Part shown: positions 47,006 through 57,118 of the stretch, one piece after another | Layout: every line of letters starts with the position of its first letter | Numbering within the stretch: the first letter of the stretch is position 1 | DNA from: a virus | Direction: 5' to 3' (one strand) | Length of the DNA stretch: 64,000 bases | IMG/VR virus record: IMGVR_UViG_3300046028_006182 | Location: 1 to 64,000 of that record | The notes under the pieces: model-generated | Seen by the model: the letters and a program-made list of their open reading frames with translations, nothing else | The model's database searches: none | What the model was told of the DNA's origin: nothing | Program-made: the position numbers and the translations under genes

Positions 47006-47806
47006 ATGGCAAAGAAAGTGAAAGACGACCTAGGGTCCAACAAGAAATCAAAAATGAGCTTACAAGAGAAGCTGGCAAAGAAAAGAGAGGATGTAAAGAA
47101 AGGTGAGGGCGGGAACATTGATATGTTCTATGTAAAGGAGGGTGTAAATCGTTTTAGGCCGGCATTCTGTGGAGAAGATGTTGACTTCTCAATAGAAGTT
47201 ATCTCTTTCTACCTCGGTAAGGAGATTAAAGGTTTTGTATCTCCCCATACCGTAGGTAAACCTTGCGCCGGTATGGAGGTATATAATGCCCTATTGAAGT
47301 CCTCTAATGAGAGCGACAAGGAGCTAGCTAATGAATGCAAACCCAAAAGGAAGCAAGCTATTGCGATGCACAAATACAATGACGACAAGGGCAAAGAGCT
47401 TGACACCCGGTCGGGAGTTAAATTAACTCCTCTAGCCAATGGAGTATATGGGCAAATCCTGGATTTCTTTTTAGATGAGGAACATGGGGACTTTACCCAC
47501 CCTAAAGATGGGTATGACATTAAGATAAAGCGTGAGGGTAGTGGGAAAGAAAATACAAGCTATACTGCTACTCCTTGTAAACCAACCGCTTTACCTAAAG
47601 AGCTTCAGAAAGAGGTATATAGCCCATCTAAGTTACTAGATGAAGTTATCCCCTCTTATGAGGAGACCGTTTCCAAAATGAAAGAATTTCTGGGGTTGGA
47701 TGAGGATGATGACCTTACTCAATTTATCCAAGAGATCTCCGGTAAGAAATCTAGCTCTAAGAAATCTAGCTCTACCAAAGAGGTTAAGAAGAAAAAGAAG
47801 AAGTAG
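47006..47806 (+). CDS. Single-stranded DNA-binding protein (gp32-like)
   Basis: EGVNRFRP, C.G.E, GYDIKIKREGSG..TSY. Confidence 0.75.
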   Translation: MAKKVKDDLGSNKKSKMSLQEKLAKKREDVKKGEGGNIDMFYVKEGVNRFRPAFCGEDVDFSIEVISFYLGKEIKGFVSPHTVGKPCAGMEVYNALLKSSNESDKELANECKPKRKQAIAMHKYNDDKGKELDTRSGVKLTPLANGVYGQILDFFLDEEHGDFTHPKDGYDIKIKREGSGKENTSYTATPCKPTALPKELQKEVYSPSKLLDEVIPSYEETVSKMKEFLGLDEDDDLTQFIQEISGKKSSSKKSSSTKEVKKKKKK

Positions 47807-47828
47807 AGCATCGCAATATGCTTAAACT

Positions 47829-47864
47829 AAAGGGGAGTTACTTTAACGAGTACTCCCCTTTTTT
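47829..47864 (+). terminator. Rho-independent terminator
   Basis: AAAGGGGAGT / ACTCCCCTTT plus T run. Confidence 0.85.
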
Positions 47865-47884
47865 AATCTAAAAACCCCAAGATA

Positions 47885-49033
47885 ATGGCAAAAAAGAAAG
47901 GTGGCTCAGGCATCACGGTTATGACCGAGTCAGAGATAAATAAAAAGTACGCAGGCCTATCCACTAATGCGGCAGATGCCGAGGAAGAGGCTGGTAATAT
48001 GTTAAGAATACCCACTAGGTGTATTTGGTTGAACTATCAAACGGGTGGGGGATTTGTTTATGGTAGGGTACATGAGGTATTCGGCTATGAGTCATCAGGT
48101 AAAACCCTTTTAGCTAAGGAGGTGGGCATAGCTACTCAAAAGTTAGGGGGCGTAGTAATTTGGGGTGATGCCGAGAATGCTTTTGATTTAGCTTGGGCTA
48201 AGAAGGTAGGCCTAGACTTAACCCGTATGTTTATATACAACCGTAATGACATTGAGGGTTTTTCTGACTGGGCTAGAGATATGTGCGTAGCTCAACGAAG
48301 TAAACTAACTAACAATGAACCAATTACTTTAGTTTTAGACTCTATTGCTGCACTAGAGTGCATAGATAACCTCAATGCCGACTCACTTGACTCGAAGGCG
48401 CAGATGGGTAATAGAGCTAAAGCTATCTACCGCTTTTACCGAGAACGTAACAACCTATTCTCTAAGCTAGGTATAACGGTTATAATGATTAACCAAGTAC
48501 GTAGCAAGGTAGGAGCATCTATGTTTGAAGCTGCTACAACCCAGCCCGGGGGGGAGGCTACTAGGTTCTATTCATCTATACGAATAGCTATCGTACCTAG
48601 CAAGATGATTAAAGGACACTGGAATGATGCCTCGGGTGAGTGGGTAGACTCAAGGCTGAAAGAGAATGATGTAAAGGTAGGTAAAGAGGTTATTGTAAAG
48701 ATTGAAAAGAATAAAACAGCTGCCACTGAGTCCGATGTGAGAACCGAGGTATACTTTAAACCCGATAAGTCTGGTTACGTAGGGTTCTCTAAGTATGCAG
48801 GGCTAGATAAGATACTCCTGGACACAGGTATACTTAAAAAGTCGGGCATGAGCTATGTATACCGATACAAGAAAGCAGACCACGTATTGACTAAGAAGCG
48901 GGATGGGATTATACCATGCTTGCAGAGCGATGACAATGCCCGTAGAGTAATCCTACAAAAGCTCGGGGTATTAACGATTTCAAAGGCAGCAGAAAGGCTG
49001 GAGTCTATAAAAACTAACCTATTCCCTGTATGA
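47885..49033 (+). CDS. recA: RecA/UvsX recombinase
   Basis: GYESSGKT, DAE, LDSIAAL, INQVR, PGG.A.RFYSSIR, KNK. Confidence 0.95.
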   Translation: MAKKKGGSGITVMTESEINKKYAGLSTNAADAEEEAGNMLRIPTRCIWLNYQTGGGFVYGRVHEVFGYESSGKTLLAKEVGIATQKLGGVVIWGDAENAFDLAWAKKVGLDLTRMFIYNRNDIEGFSDWARDMCVAQRSKLTNNEPITLVLDSIAALECIDNLNADSLDSKAQMGNRAKAIYRFYRERNNLFSKLGITVIMINQVRSKVGASMFEAATTQPGGEATRFYSSIRIAIVPSKMIKGHWNDASGEWVDSRLKENDVKVGKEVIVKIEKNKTAATESDVRTEVYFKPDKSGYVGFSKYAGLDKILLDTGILKKSGMSYVYRYKKADHVLTKKRDGIIPCLQSDDNARRVILQKLGVLTISKAAERLESIKTNLFPV

Positions 49034-49932
49034 GTACTCAGATAATCCTTATAATAGACGGGCAGAATAACCTATACAGAGCTCACCATTCTTATCATGG
49101 TTTGAAGTCTACCTCTAATGAGCATACTTCTTGCATCTTTGGGTTCCCGTCTATTATAAAGCCCTTGCTTCAAAAGTTTAAGCCCCACAAAACCATAATA
49201 TGCTGGGATGGTAAGCGAAGCAAAGAGCGATTGGAGATACTACCCACTTACAAAGCTAAGAGGTCGGAAAGTATAACCGGCAATGAAGTAAGGGAAGCTA
49301 TCCAAGAGCAGAGGCCCACAGTAATGAAATTGATATATGCCCTGGGTATTTGCCAAGCCTATAGCAAACAGGTTGAGGGGGATGACATGCTATATATGGT
49401 ATGGCGAAGGTACAAGAGGCTAATCAAATCGGGTAAGAGCTATAAATTGATTATAGTATCACGTGATAAGGATTTCCATCAACTTATAGATAAGGACACA
49501 TCAGTATGGGACCCCTTCAAGGGTATGCTGCTAACTAAGAATAACTTGAAAGCCTTATTTAACTATGAGCCACACGAGGTAGTAGACTACCTATGCTTAC
49601 TAGGGGATAGTTCAGATAATATCCCCGGATATCGGGGCTTCGGTGAGAAAAGGGTTAGAGAATTCATAGATAACTACAAACTCGTGAATGGGCAATACCG
49701 GATAAAAAAACCCATGAGAGTAGACCTCATCAAGTTAGCTGATACTCTAGCGGTTAATAGGAAGCTAATAGACCTTGCCATGTTTCACAGGAAGCACCAA
49801 CCTAACAAAACTATCGAGTACTTCAATTCTAAAAGAAACCCGAAGCTAGACGTAGGGGCTGTGAAGAATATAGCTAGGAAGTATAGCATAGGGACTTTCT
49901 TTAAAAGTGATTTCCTAAAAACCTTTGAGTAA
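49030..49932 (+). CDS. 5'-3' exonuclease / flap endonuclease
   Basis: IIDG.N.LYRA, YKAKR, EGDD, SRDKDFHQL, GDSSDNIPG.RGFGEK. Confidence 0.95.
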   Translation: MSTQIILIIDGQNNLYRAHHSYHGLKSTSNEHTSCIFGFPSIIKPLLQKFKPHKTIICWDGKRSKERLEILPTYKAKRSESITGNEVREAIQEQRPTVMKLIYALGICQAYSKQVEGDDMLYMVWRRYKRLIKSGKSYKLIIVSRDKDFHQLIDKDTSVWDPFKGMLLTKNNLKALFNYEPHEVVDYLCLLGDSSDNIPGYRGFGEKRVREFIDNYKLVNGQYRIKKPMRVDLIKLADTLAVNRKLIDLAMFHRKHQPNKTIEYFNSKRNPKLDVGAVKNIARKYSIGTFFKSDFLKTFE

Positions 49933-50924
49933 TGAGAAGAAAACCTATAGCCTTAGCCGTATCTGATATCCACTTCAATGAGTGGGCTCAGTATAATTCA
50001 GATGGAACAAGAACCTACCAAGGTAAAAGAATACTAAGCACTCTAGCGAACCGATGCAAAAAATTAAATGTTCCTTTAATCTTTACCGGAGATTTACTAC
50101 ACGATAACGATAGAGTAACAAATACTATACTCCGAGACGTTAACGACTCCTTTAGAAATTTAAAAAGGAAAGGGGTGCGCTTTATAGCTATAGATGGTAA
50201 CCATGACCAGGTGAGGAAGAATTACATTGATAGCTTCAGCCCTAACTATATTGAGTCTTTGAGTTATGCTTTCTCTAATATTGATTACTGCAGGTTCACT
50301 GCCACCAAGGTATCAGACGGCATACTAGCCATAGGTATACCTTATATAACTAACAACAAGGACTACGGTACAGCTGTAAAGATATGTGTAGACAAGCTAG
50401 AGGAGATAGACCCCCGGCACAAACGTAAGTGGGTATGCTTGATACACACATCACTACCGGGTGCAAAGGAGCCGTCAGGCTTTGAGAGAACGGAGGCTGA
50501 GAATATGAACCGTACCTTTTACAAGATGTTTAAGGATTTTGACTTAGTATTATCCGGCCACATACATAAACCCCAAAGAGTAGCTAAGGGTATCTACATG
50601 CTGGGTGCTCCTGCCCATCAAACGAAGTCAGACATGGGTTGTGAGATGGGCTATTGGGAAGTATATGAAGACCTTACTATGAAGTTTAAGGCCTTAGATG
50701 AACCCCAATACATACCGGAGCATGAGGCTAAAGACTATGACACATACAATTATATAGTACCTACGGTTAGAGAACCGGTATTGCCCGAAGGTACCCAGGA
50801 AGCTCAGAAATTTCTAAACACGGACAGCAGGGTTAAGATTGCCAAGAAGTATTGCAAGGCTAGGGGTATCAAGAGCAAGAAACTAAGGAACACATTAGAC
50901 GAAATACTAAGAGAGGTAGAATGA
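49932..50924 (+). CDS. sbcD: SbcD/Mre11-like metallophosphoesterase nuclease
   Basis: SDIH, GD, GNHD, GHIH. Confidence 0.9.
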   Translation: MRRKPIALAVSDIHFNEWAQYNSDGTRTYQGKRILSTLANRCKKLNVPLIFTGDLLHDNDRVTNTILRDVNDSFRNLKRKGVRFIAIDGNHDQVRKNYIDSFSPNYIESLSYAFSNIDYCRFTATKVSDGILAIGIPYITNNKDYGTAVKICVDKLEEIDPRHKRKWVCLIHTSLPGAKEPSGFERTEAENMNRTFYKMFKDFDLVLSGHIHKPQRVAKGIYMLGAPAHQTKSDMGCEMGYWEVYEDLTMKFKALDEPQYIPEHEAKDYDTYNYIVPTVREPVLPEGTQEAQKFLNTDSRVKIAKKYCKARGIKSKKLRNTLDEILREVE

Positions 50925-52756
50925 CAAACTTTATAAGTATAGACATTGAGGGGTTCGGCTCAGTAGTAGAGCCCATAACCTACAGTCTTAACCAGAACGC
51001 CATCTCGGTAATTACCGGAGATAATGGCGTAGGTAAGACCCGAATAACCAATGCCTTGGTATGGTGCTTGTTCGGAAAGACATTACAGAAGCTAACTAGA
51101 GTAGAACCTTATGAGTGGCTAAAGGGGAAGAACTATAAGGGTACTAGGGTAACTGTTCACTTCCAGATGGGCAATGACCACTACTCTATTGACCGCTTTA
51201 AGAATTACAAAGGGAAAGTAGGCGGGGTAAAAGGTGGAAATAGGGTAGTTGTTTTAAAGAACAAAGTAGAGTCTAGCATTAAGAATGTTAAGACTATCAA
51301 CAATGAGATAGAGGACATACTAGGCATTAAGTATGAGGTCTTTATCAATACCATAGTTTTTGGACAGAAGCTGAGTAAGATAATAACAGAGAAAGGCCCT
51401 AAGCAGAAGGAAATATTTGAGTCAGCTTTTGAGGTTAGCTATCTAACTAAGGCTAAGGACTTAGCAAGTAAGAAAGCTACAGCTATAGGGGATGAGTATA
51501 GGGAGAAGCTCGGTAAAGCAGAAAGCCTCTCCAAATTACTAGCGAATACCCAGAGCCATCTAGAGTCAGTAACTAAGCTGAACAAAGCTATCACTAAATC
51601 CTACAACAGCAATAAGCACAGGCTTAAACAGGAGATAGCTCACCTTAGGGAGCGAGTAAAGAGTGGGCAAGCGATAGTAAGTAAACTAGATAAAGCTATA
51701 TTTAGAAGGGGTGAACTGGAAATACAGATGCACAACCTCCAAAACCATTTGCAAAAGAGGACCCGAGCTATTGAGGATGACCGACATGAGCTAGACAAGG
51801 TAAGCAAGAACTTGATATACTCCCTATCTATAAACCGAAAAGACCTAGACTACTCTAGTAATCCTGACAATAGCACTTGTAAAGTATGCGGGCAATCATT
51901 GCCCGATAAGACTGAGGAATTTAGGTTAGATAGGGTAGCTACCTTAGAGAAAGATAGGAAGGCCCTAGAGAGAAAGCTTAAAGAAAACTCAAAGCAAATC
52001 CAGGCTTTACCAGGAACAGAGGAGATAGAGAGTATCACTTTAGAGCTATCTAAAGTTAGTAGTGAGTATCGGGAGCTAGACAAAACCATTACCATACTTG
52101 AGGTAAAGAACCCCCGTAACTTACAACCCAAGATAACTAAGAAACTCAAGGAGTTAAAGACCCTACATAATGAGGTAGAACCAATCGAGCCTATCATAGA
52201 GAAGATTACTAGACTAAAGGCTAGCAAAAAGAAAGCAGAGCGTAAAGTAGAAAAGCTAGAGAAATCTCTTGAGGTATACAAGTGGTTAGTTAATGACCCC
52301 CTATCTAACAAGGGCATAAAGAATTACATATTCCACACCATGATGGAGCAGGTTAACTCAGAGCTATTGAAGTACGGTAACCATTGGGGCTACGGTATAA
52401 GATTTTCAATAGACCTAGAGAGTGCTAATAAGGTGTTCTACTCGGAGATATCAACTGAGCGGGGGGTAATCAACTATGATGACCTATCCGGGGGTGAGCA
52501 GCAGGTAATAGATGTTTGCGTAGCTTTTGCCATGCACGATGTGTTTATTAAAAAGCTTAATTGCAACATCCTAATACTGGATGAGATATTTGAGCACCTA
52601 GATAAAAAGAACATATCCTTAATCGAAGAGTTAATAATGATTAAAGCAAGGGGTAAGAACATTCACATTATAACCCACAACAAAGACTTCAAGCCGCAAG
52701 GCTCAGTTATTGTAGGCATACATAAGGATAGCCATGGTTATACCAAGTTAACTTGA
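50921..52756 (+). CDS. sbcC: SbcC/Rad50-like ATPase
   Basis: GDNGVGKT, coiled coils with CKVC hook, LSGGEQ, LILDE. Confidence 0.95.
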   Translation: MTNFISIDIEGFGSVVEPITYSLNQNAISVITGDNGVGKTRITNALVWCLFGKTLQKLTRVEPYEWLKGKNYKGTRVTVHFQMGNDHYSIDRFKNYKGKVGGVKGGNRVVVLKNKVESSIKNVKTINNEIEDILGIKYEVFINTIVFGQKLSKIITEKGPKQKEIFESAFEVSYLTKAKDLASKKATAIGDEYREKLGKAESLSKLLANTQSHLESVTKLNKAITKSYNSNKHRLKQEIAHLRERVKSGQAIVSKLDKAIFRRGELEIQMHNLQNHLQKRTRAIEDDRHELDKVSKNLIYSLSINRKDLDYSSNPDNSTCKVCGQSLPDKTEEFRLDRVATLEKDRKALERKLKENSKQIQALPGTEEIESITLELSKVSSEYRELDKTITILEVKNPRNLQPKITKKLKELKTLHNEVEPIEPIIEKITRLKASKKKAERKVEKLEKSLEVYKWLVNDPLSNKGIKNYIFHTMMEQVNSELLKYGNHWGYGIRFSIDLESANKVFYSEISTERGVINYDDLSGGEQQVIDVCVAFAMHDVFIKKLNCNILILDEIFEHLDKKNISLIEELIMIKARGKNIHIITHNKDFKPQGSVIVGIHKDSHGYTKLT

Positions 52757-52794
52757 AGTACTCTTAGTAATGAACAACTAAAACGGTAGTATAC

Positions 52795-53358
52795 ATGGGT
52801 ACTAGGATAAACAGCAGAGCCAAGGGGGCAAAGCACGAGAAAGAAGTTGCTAAGTTACTAGAGGCTTGGACTGGTAAAGAGTTTGCTAGGGTACCCAGCT
52901 CTGGGGGGCTAAGGTGGCACAAGACAAGTAATACCACTGGAGATATAACCTGTACAACAGAGGGCCACTACTTCCCGTTTTCAGTTGAAATAAAAGCCCG
53001 TAACAAAGTAGACTTTAGCAGAATACTAATCCCTTATAATGGTAACTCTAAGGCTGAGAAAGATAAGGACTCAGAGTTTGAAACCTTCTGGCAACAGGCT
53101 ATCTCTGATGCTGACCGGGCAAAGAAAGAGCCCATACTATTTGTGAGGTACAATGGCATGAAGAAAGACCTATACTTTGTAGCTATAACCAAAGACCTGT
53201 TCTATGATTACTTTAAGCAGGCTACCTCCTGTACTAAGTATCTAGTATATGGAGATAAAGAGTTTGTAGTAATACCCTCCACTGAGCTGTTTAAAGCTAA
53301 CTATAAAAAGATAAAAGCCCACATTAAAACCTTGAGAAGCCATGGGAAGAAAAAGTGA
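52795..53358 (+). CDS. Holliday junction resolvase (PD-(D/E)xK)
   Basis: NSRAKG..HE, RVPSSGG, GD, VEIK, WQQA. Confidence 0.85.
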   Translation: MGTRINSRAKGAKHEKEVAKLLEAWTGKEFARVPSSGGLRWHKTSNTTGDITCTTEGHYFPFSVEIKARNKVDFSRILIPYNGNSKAEKDKDSEFETFWQQAISDADRAKKEPILFVRYNGMKKDLYFVAITKDLFYDYFKQATSCTKYLVYGDKEFVVIPSTELFKANYKKIKAHIKTLRSHGKKK

Positions 53359-54079
53359 TAGGCTAGTATGGTGTATAGCTTACATCAATGCCAAGAATTT
53401 AGGGGTAATAGAGAGGGAGCTAAGGAAAGTAAAGAGCCTTGGTACTATCACAGCCTTCATTCCCACCGTTAAAATCCTTAAGAAGAACTTTAAAAATAAA
53501 GAACACTTCCAGGAAGTACCCTTACTATTTAACTATGGCTTCTTCTCGATGCCATTGTCAGTAGCTACCAATGCAGAGTCTTTAAAAATCCTAAAGGAGA
53601 AGGTAACCTGCATACATGCTTGGGTAAAGGACCCAGCAAAGGTATATGAAACTAAACCTAAGCTCCAAGAGGAGGGAGAGGGGGAAGATACGGTTAGGGT
53701 TATCCCAATGAAAGATGAGTATAGTACTCGGGTGGCTATTGCCACAGAGGAAGAGATAGCTGCTATCGTTCAAGCAGAGAGCGATACGTCTATATATTCT
53801 AAGGAAGACCTATCCCGAGTAAAGGAGGGGCAACTAATCGTATTGCATGGTTACCCTTTTGAAGGGTTAAAAGCAAGGGTAGTAAAAATTGATAGCCTTA
53901 AGAAATCCATAACAGTAGACATCGACTCGGAGATTGACTCCGTAATGAGGAGTACCGTGGTATCTTTTGATAATGTTTTTTGGTCGGTCTACCACTCAGA
54001 CACAAACATTGACGATGACGTAGCCAATACGCCGCCTAGTAAAAGAAATAAGCTAATTACTAATTACTACAATGAATAG
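53342..54079 (+). CDS. NusG/UpxY-family transcription antitermination factor
   Basis: WCIAY...AFIPT...PLLFNYGF NGN domain; EGQLIVLHGYPFEGLKARV KOW domain. Confidence 0.85.
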   Translation: MGRKSDRLVWCIAYINAKNLGVIERELRKVKSLGTITAFIPTVKILKKNFKNKEHFQEVPLLFNYGFFSMPLSVATNAESLKILKEKVTCIHAWVKDPAKVYETKPKLQEEGEGEDTVRVIPMKDEYSTRVAIATEEEIAAIVQAESDTSIYSKEDLSRVKEGQLIVLHGYPFEGLKARVVKIDSLKKSITVDIDSEIDSVMRSTVVSFDNVFWSVYHSDTNIDDDVANTPPSKRNKLITNYYNE

Positions 54080-54081
54080 CC

Positions 54082-55011
54082 ATGGGTTTACAAGACAATC
54101 CCGCTTGGAAGTGCCTAAACTTAGATGAGCAAACAGCTATAACGCTAAAGCATATCAGTGGCAAGTCAAGCTGGGAAATAGGAGAGATAATGGGTAAAGC
54201 CCACTACAAGATGCTGGAGATACTTCAAAGGGGTGAGGTACTTATGAAGCTATTTACGAACTACTATAAGTACGAGGAGAATTTCCCCCCAACGGACCTG
54301 GCTATTGATAAACCCCTCTATGAATACTTGCAGGGCTGCATAGTTGGTCGTAATATGCCGGGCTCGGTAATCAAGGGCATAGATAACCCGGTATTCCAAA
54401 AGCCATTGAGCAGAGATAAGATGATTAATAAGGCTATAGAAGTTTGGGTAAAGTCATCTAACCAAAGGCTGGTACTTCTATCCCACACTATATTAGAGTT
54501 TGACAGGTGGAATAACTACCGCATACTGCCTGAGAGTATACAGGAGCCCTCCGGATTTAAGAGGCGAAATAAGAATGCCGAAAAGAAAAGGATAGCTAGT
54601 TGGGTAGAGATTGATAAGACTATACTTTACCACCTTGAGGAGGAGTTATCTATACAAGAGGACCATGCTTACAAAGGCATGGGCTTTTGTGTATTATTCC
54701 AGGGCTCTTTCAGCCTGGGTAAGATTAAGAGATTTACTATCAATGACCATACCATTAAAGTACTATCCTCTTACAAGATATACCTATTCCCCGAGAATAA
54801 ACCTACGGAGCTATTCAAGGAGCTAGTAGAGGAGTATTTCTCGAACGGCTCTAACACTCCCCGAATAGGCCAAGATTTCTGGAAGAAGTATCGGGACCTA
54901 GTAGAGCTAGCTATAAACTATAAAGAGGTACAAGGGATAAAACCAGAGCGGGAACAGATAACTCCTAGCTTGAACCATTCAACCCAATCTAGAGGTTACT
55001 CGAATAAATAA
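54082..55011 (+). CDS. Protein with an N-terminal sigma-region-4-like HTH
   Basis: LNLDEQTAITLKHISGKSSWEIGEIMG. Confidence 0.6.
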   Translation: MGLQDNPAWKCLNLDEQTAITLKHISGKSSWEIGEIMGKAHYKMLEILQRGEVLMKLFTNYYKYEENFPPTDLAIDKPLYEYLQGCIVGRNMPGSVIKGIDNPVFQKPLSRDKMINKAIEVWVKSSNQRLVLLSHTILEFDRWNNYRILPESIQEPSGFKRRNKNAEKKRIASWVEIDKTILYHLEEELSIQEDHAYKGMGFCVLFQGSFSLGKIKRFTINDHTIKVLSSYKIYLFPENKPTELFKELVEEYFSNGSNTPRIGQDFWKKYRDLVELAINYKEVQGIKPEREQITPSLNHSTQSRGYSNK

Positions 55012-55047
55012 ATTGTATCGAGTGTATTTTTTTATTAAATGATTTTG

Positions 55048-55055
55048 TATCTTTG
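55048..55055 (+). promoter_or_regulatory. Bacteroidota -7 element TATCTTTG
   Basis: Intergenic, same TTTGTATCTTTGT core as 61859 and 63107; -33 element weak. Confidence 0.6.
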
Positions 55056-55078
55056 TACTAACTAAAAATAATAATAGA

Positions 55079-55654
55079 GTGGCAAATCCGAAAACTAAAA
55101 AACCTAGACTCACATCAGTTGGTAATATATCACCAGCGGAGAAGGAGATGACCAAGTTTAAGTATAAAGACCTTAAGATTGCCTGCATATTAAGGGGCAT
55201 GAGGTTCCGGGATGCTGTTGAAGCAGACTATCCGCGGCTAAGGTCTTTCTTTATGAACAACTATTGGGAAGACATCGACCGGGAAGCTATTAATAGGTAT
55301 GATGATTGGGTAGATGGTAAATTGAAAGACCCGATACTAAAACACCCAACCCTTAGACTGGGCTACGTAGCAAGGGAAGACGAGGAGGGTAAGTCAGTAA
55401 GAAGAAACAAGCGCCTTAAATCTATGCCTGCTGTAAAGAAGAAGAAGGCCAAGAAGAATGAAACCTTTGGTATTAGGGCTGGTACTAAAAAAGAATATAC
55501 ATACAAACTGGAGGCTGCGGGAAAGGATGTAGAAGAAACTATCAAGCTGGTAATGACCCAATTTCCCGACGCATCCAACAAGTCCATCAAGATATGGTAT
55601 AAGAAGGCTAAAGATGCTAGACTAAAACCTAAAACCAATGAGGATAAGGGATAA
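55079..55654 (+). CDS. Basic hypothetical protein with possible C-terminal HTH
   Basis: GTG start after promoter; FPDASNKSIKIWYKKA. Confidence 0.75.
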   Translation: MANPKTKKPRLTSVGNISPAEKEMTKFKYKDLKIACILRGMRFRDAVEADYPRLRSFFMNNYWEDIDREAINRYDDWVDGKLKDPILKHPTLRLGYVAREDEEGKSVRRNKRLKSMPAVKKKKAKKNETFGIRAGTKKEYTYKLEAAGKDVEETIKLVMTQFPDASNKSIKIWYKKAKDARLKPKTNEDKG

Positions 55655-55955
55655 CAGGTATTACATAGTTAACTATGGGGACCTATCAGATATATGTTTA
55701 GTACGGCGCTCTTTCAAGAGCAAGAAGGCTGCTAAAGCTTATCGAGAAGACTCCCCAATAAGTAAGTACCTAGAGGTTATCTCTGGTACTAAAGCTGCTA
55801 AGAAAAAACTACCCTTTAGTAGTAAAAAGGACAGTATCAAGTATACCTATCCTGAGAACATAATAACTATGCAATCCATGAAGTCCTTTAGGACTGCTAA
55901 AAGGCGAGAACGAAGAGGCTTAAAGAATACATTTGATAACATTACAAACCAATAA
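55638..55955 (+). CDS. Basic hypothetical protein
   Basis: Coupled ORF carrying the YxYP...FR motif. Confidence 0.7.
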   Translation: MRIRDNRYYIVNYGDLSDICLVRRSFKSKKAAKAYREDSPISKYLEVISGTKAAKKKLPFSSKKDSIKYTYPENIITMQSMKSFRTAKRRERRGLKNTFDNITNQ

Positions 55956-56220
55956 CCCAATGAAGGTAATTACCATGAAGTACCCAGCTACACTAAGTGA
56001 TGTAGAGGGAGAAGAAGGCTCCATAAAGATGGACCTAACCAAAGGCGTTGAGCAGAAATCAGAGCCTGACCCCCGGTCCGAGCTAGTTATCCTAGCAGAG
56101 GTAAATAACTACAACTCAAACCAGCTAGAGCTAGCCCGGGTAATCCTGGAGTCATCTGAGCCGGGTACCGAGGTATTTATTACAAGACGTATAATATCCG
56201 GGGATGTCGAGCAGGAATAA
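55933..56220 (+). CDS. Hypothetical protein (start uncertain, possibly 55960)
   Basis: Operon packing. Confidence 0.6.
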   Translation: MITLQTNNPMKVITMKYPATLSDVEGEEGSIKMDLTKGVEQKSEPDPRSELVILAEVNNYNSNQLELARVILESSEPGTEVFITRRIISGDVEQE

Positions 56221-56527
56221 AGTTCTATTGAGAGCTATCAGTATATTACCCTTTGCAGGGTTATTGGTTCTGCTCTCAAGTATAGGGTATGTATTCTTTT
56301 TAGTATCAAGATACCTAACAGAGTGGGTAATCAGGCTAGACATATACCCTCTGAGCCCAAAAGCTGACCATAAGCCCAAATTAGTAAAGTGGCTCTATAA
56401 ATGGGCTTTCCCCATTTTAAAAATCCCCTTGCTCCTATGCGCGATTATGGCCAATGCTATATCCCTCATTATCAGGTTTATCGCTAACCCCTTAAGGAAA
56501 TTAGTACTCTGGGTAAAGCCCAAATAG
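56204..56527 (+). CDS. Two-TM membrane protein
   Basis: Two hydrophobic segments. Confidence 0.65.
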   Translation: MSSRNKVLLRAISILPFAGLLVLLSSIGYVFFLVSRYLTEWVIRLDIYPLSPKADHKPKLVKWLYKWAFPILKIPLLLCAIMANAISLIIRFIANPLRKLVLWVKPK

Positions 56528-56609
56528 TACCCTATTTAAGATAACTAGAAACACCCAATACTCTTATTTTTTACATTTCATTAATTATAAACCAAAAATT
56601 TCTAAAGCC

Positions 56610-57095
56610 ATGGCTAAGAAGAAAGAAGTTAAGGCACCTGCCGTAACAGTAGTTTCCATTGAGGTTGACGCTACTCGTCAACTAGTAATCCTAACAATGA
56701 GCGATGACTCTGTGTTAGAGTTCCCATTATCTACCGCAGGAGTTACTACCTCTGCCCCTGCTAAATCTGCTAAGGCTACCCCTGCTGCCGAAGAGGAAGA
56801 GGAAGAGGAAGAGGAAGACGATGACGACGATGACGACGATGATGACGATGACGACGACGATGACGACGATGATGACGATGACGACGACGATGACGACGAC
56901 GATGATGACGATGATGACGACGATGATGAGGAAGATGACGACGATGATGAGGAAGACCTTAGCTCAATGTCCGTTGCCGAGTTGGAGAAGAAAGCGAAAG
57001 CTGAGGGTATCCGCTACGACAAGAAAATTAAGGGCTACAAAGACCTTAAGGACAAGAAGAAGAAAGAGGCTCTTATCGAGCTAATTGAGGCATAA
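56610..57095 (+). CDS. Poly-acidic protein (56 consecutive D/E) with a C-terminal HeH/Rho-N-like motif
   Basis: E9-D37-E2-D5-E2-D, then LSSMSVAELEKKAK...KKEALIELI. Confidence 0.85.
   Translation: MAKKKEVKAPAVTVVSIEVDATRQLVILTMSDDSVLEFPLSTAGVTTSAPAKSAKATPAAEEEEEEEEEDDDDDDDDDDDDDDDDDDDDDDDDDDDDDDDDDDDDDEEDDDDDEEDLSSMSVAELEKKAKAEGIRYDKKIKGYKDLKDKKKKEALIELIEA
56790..56957 (+). repeat. GAN trinucleotide repeat encoding the acidic tract
   Basis: 56 consecutive GAA/GAG/GAC/GAT codons. Confidence 0.95.
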
Positions 57096-57118
57096 TCTCG
57101 GGCGAGATTGAGGATGGG

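Noticed and set aside
56821-57084. Met/Thr-repeat ORF
   Set aside because: Alternate-frame by-product of the GAY repeat.
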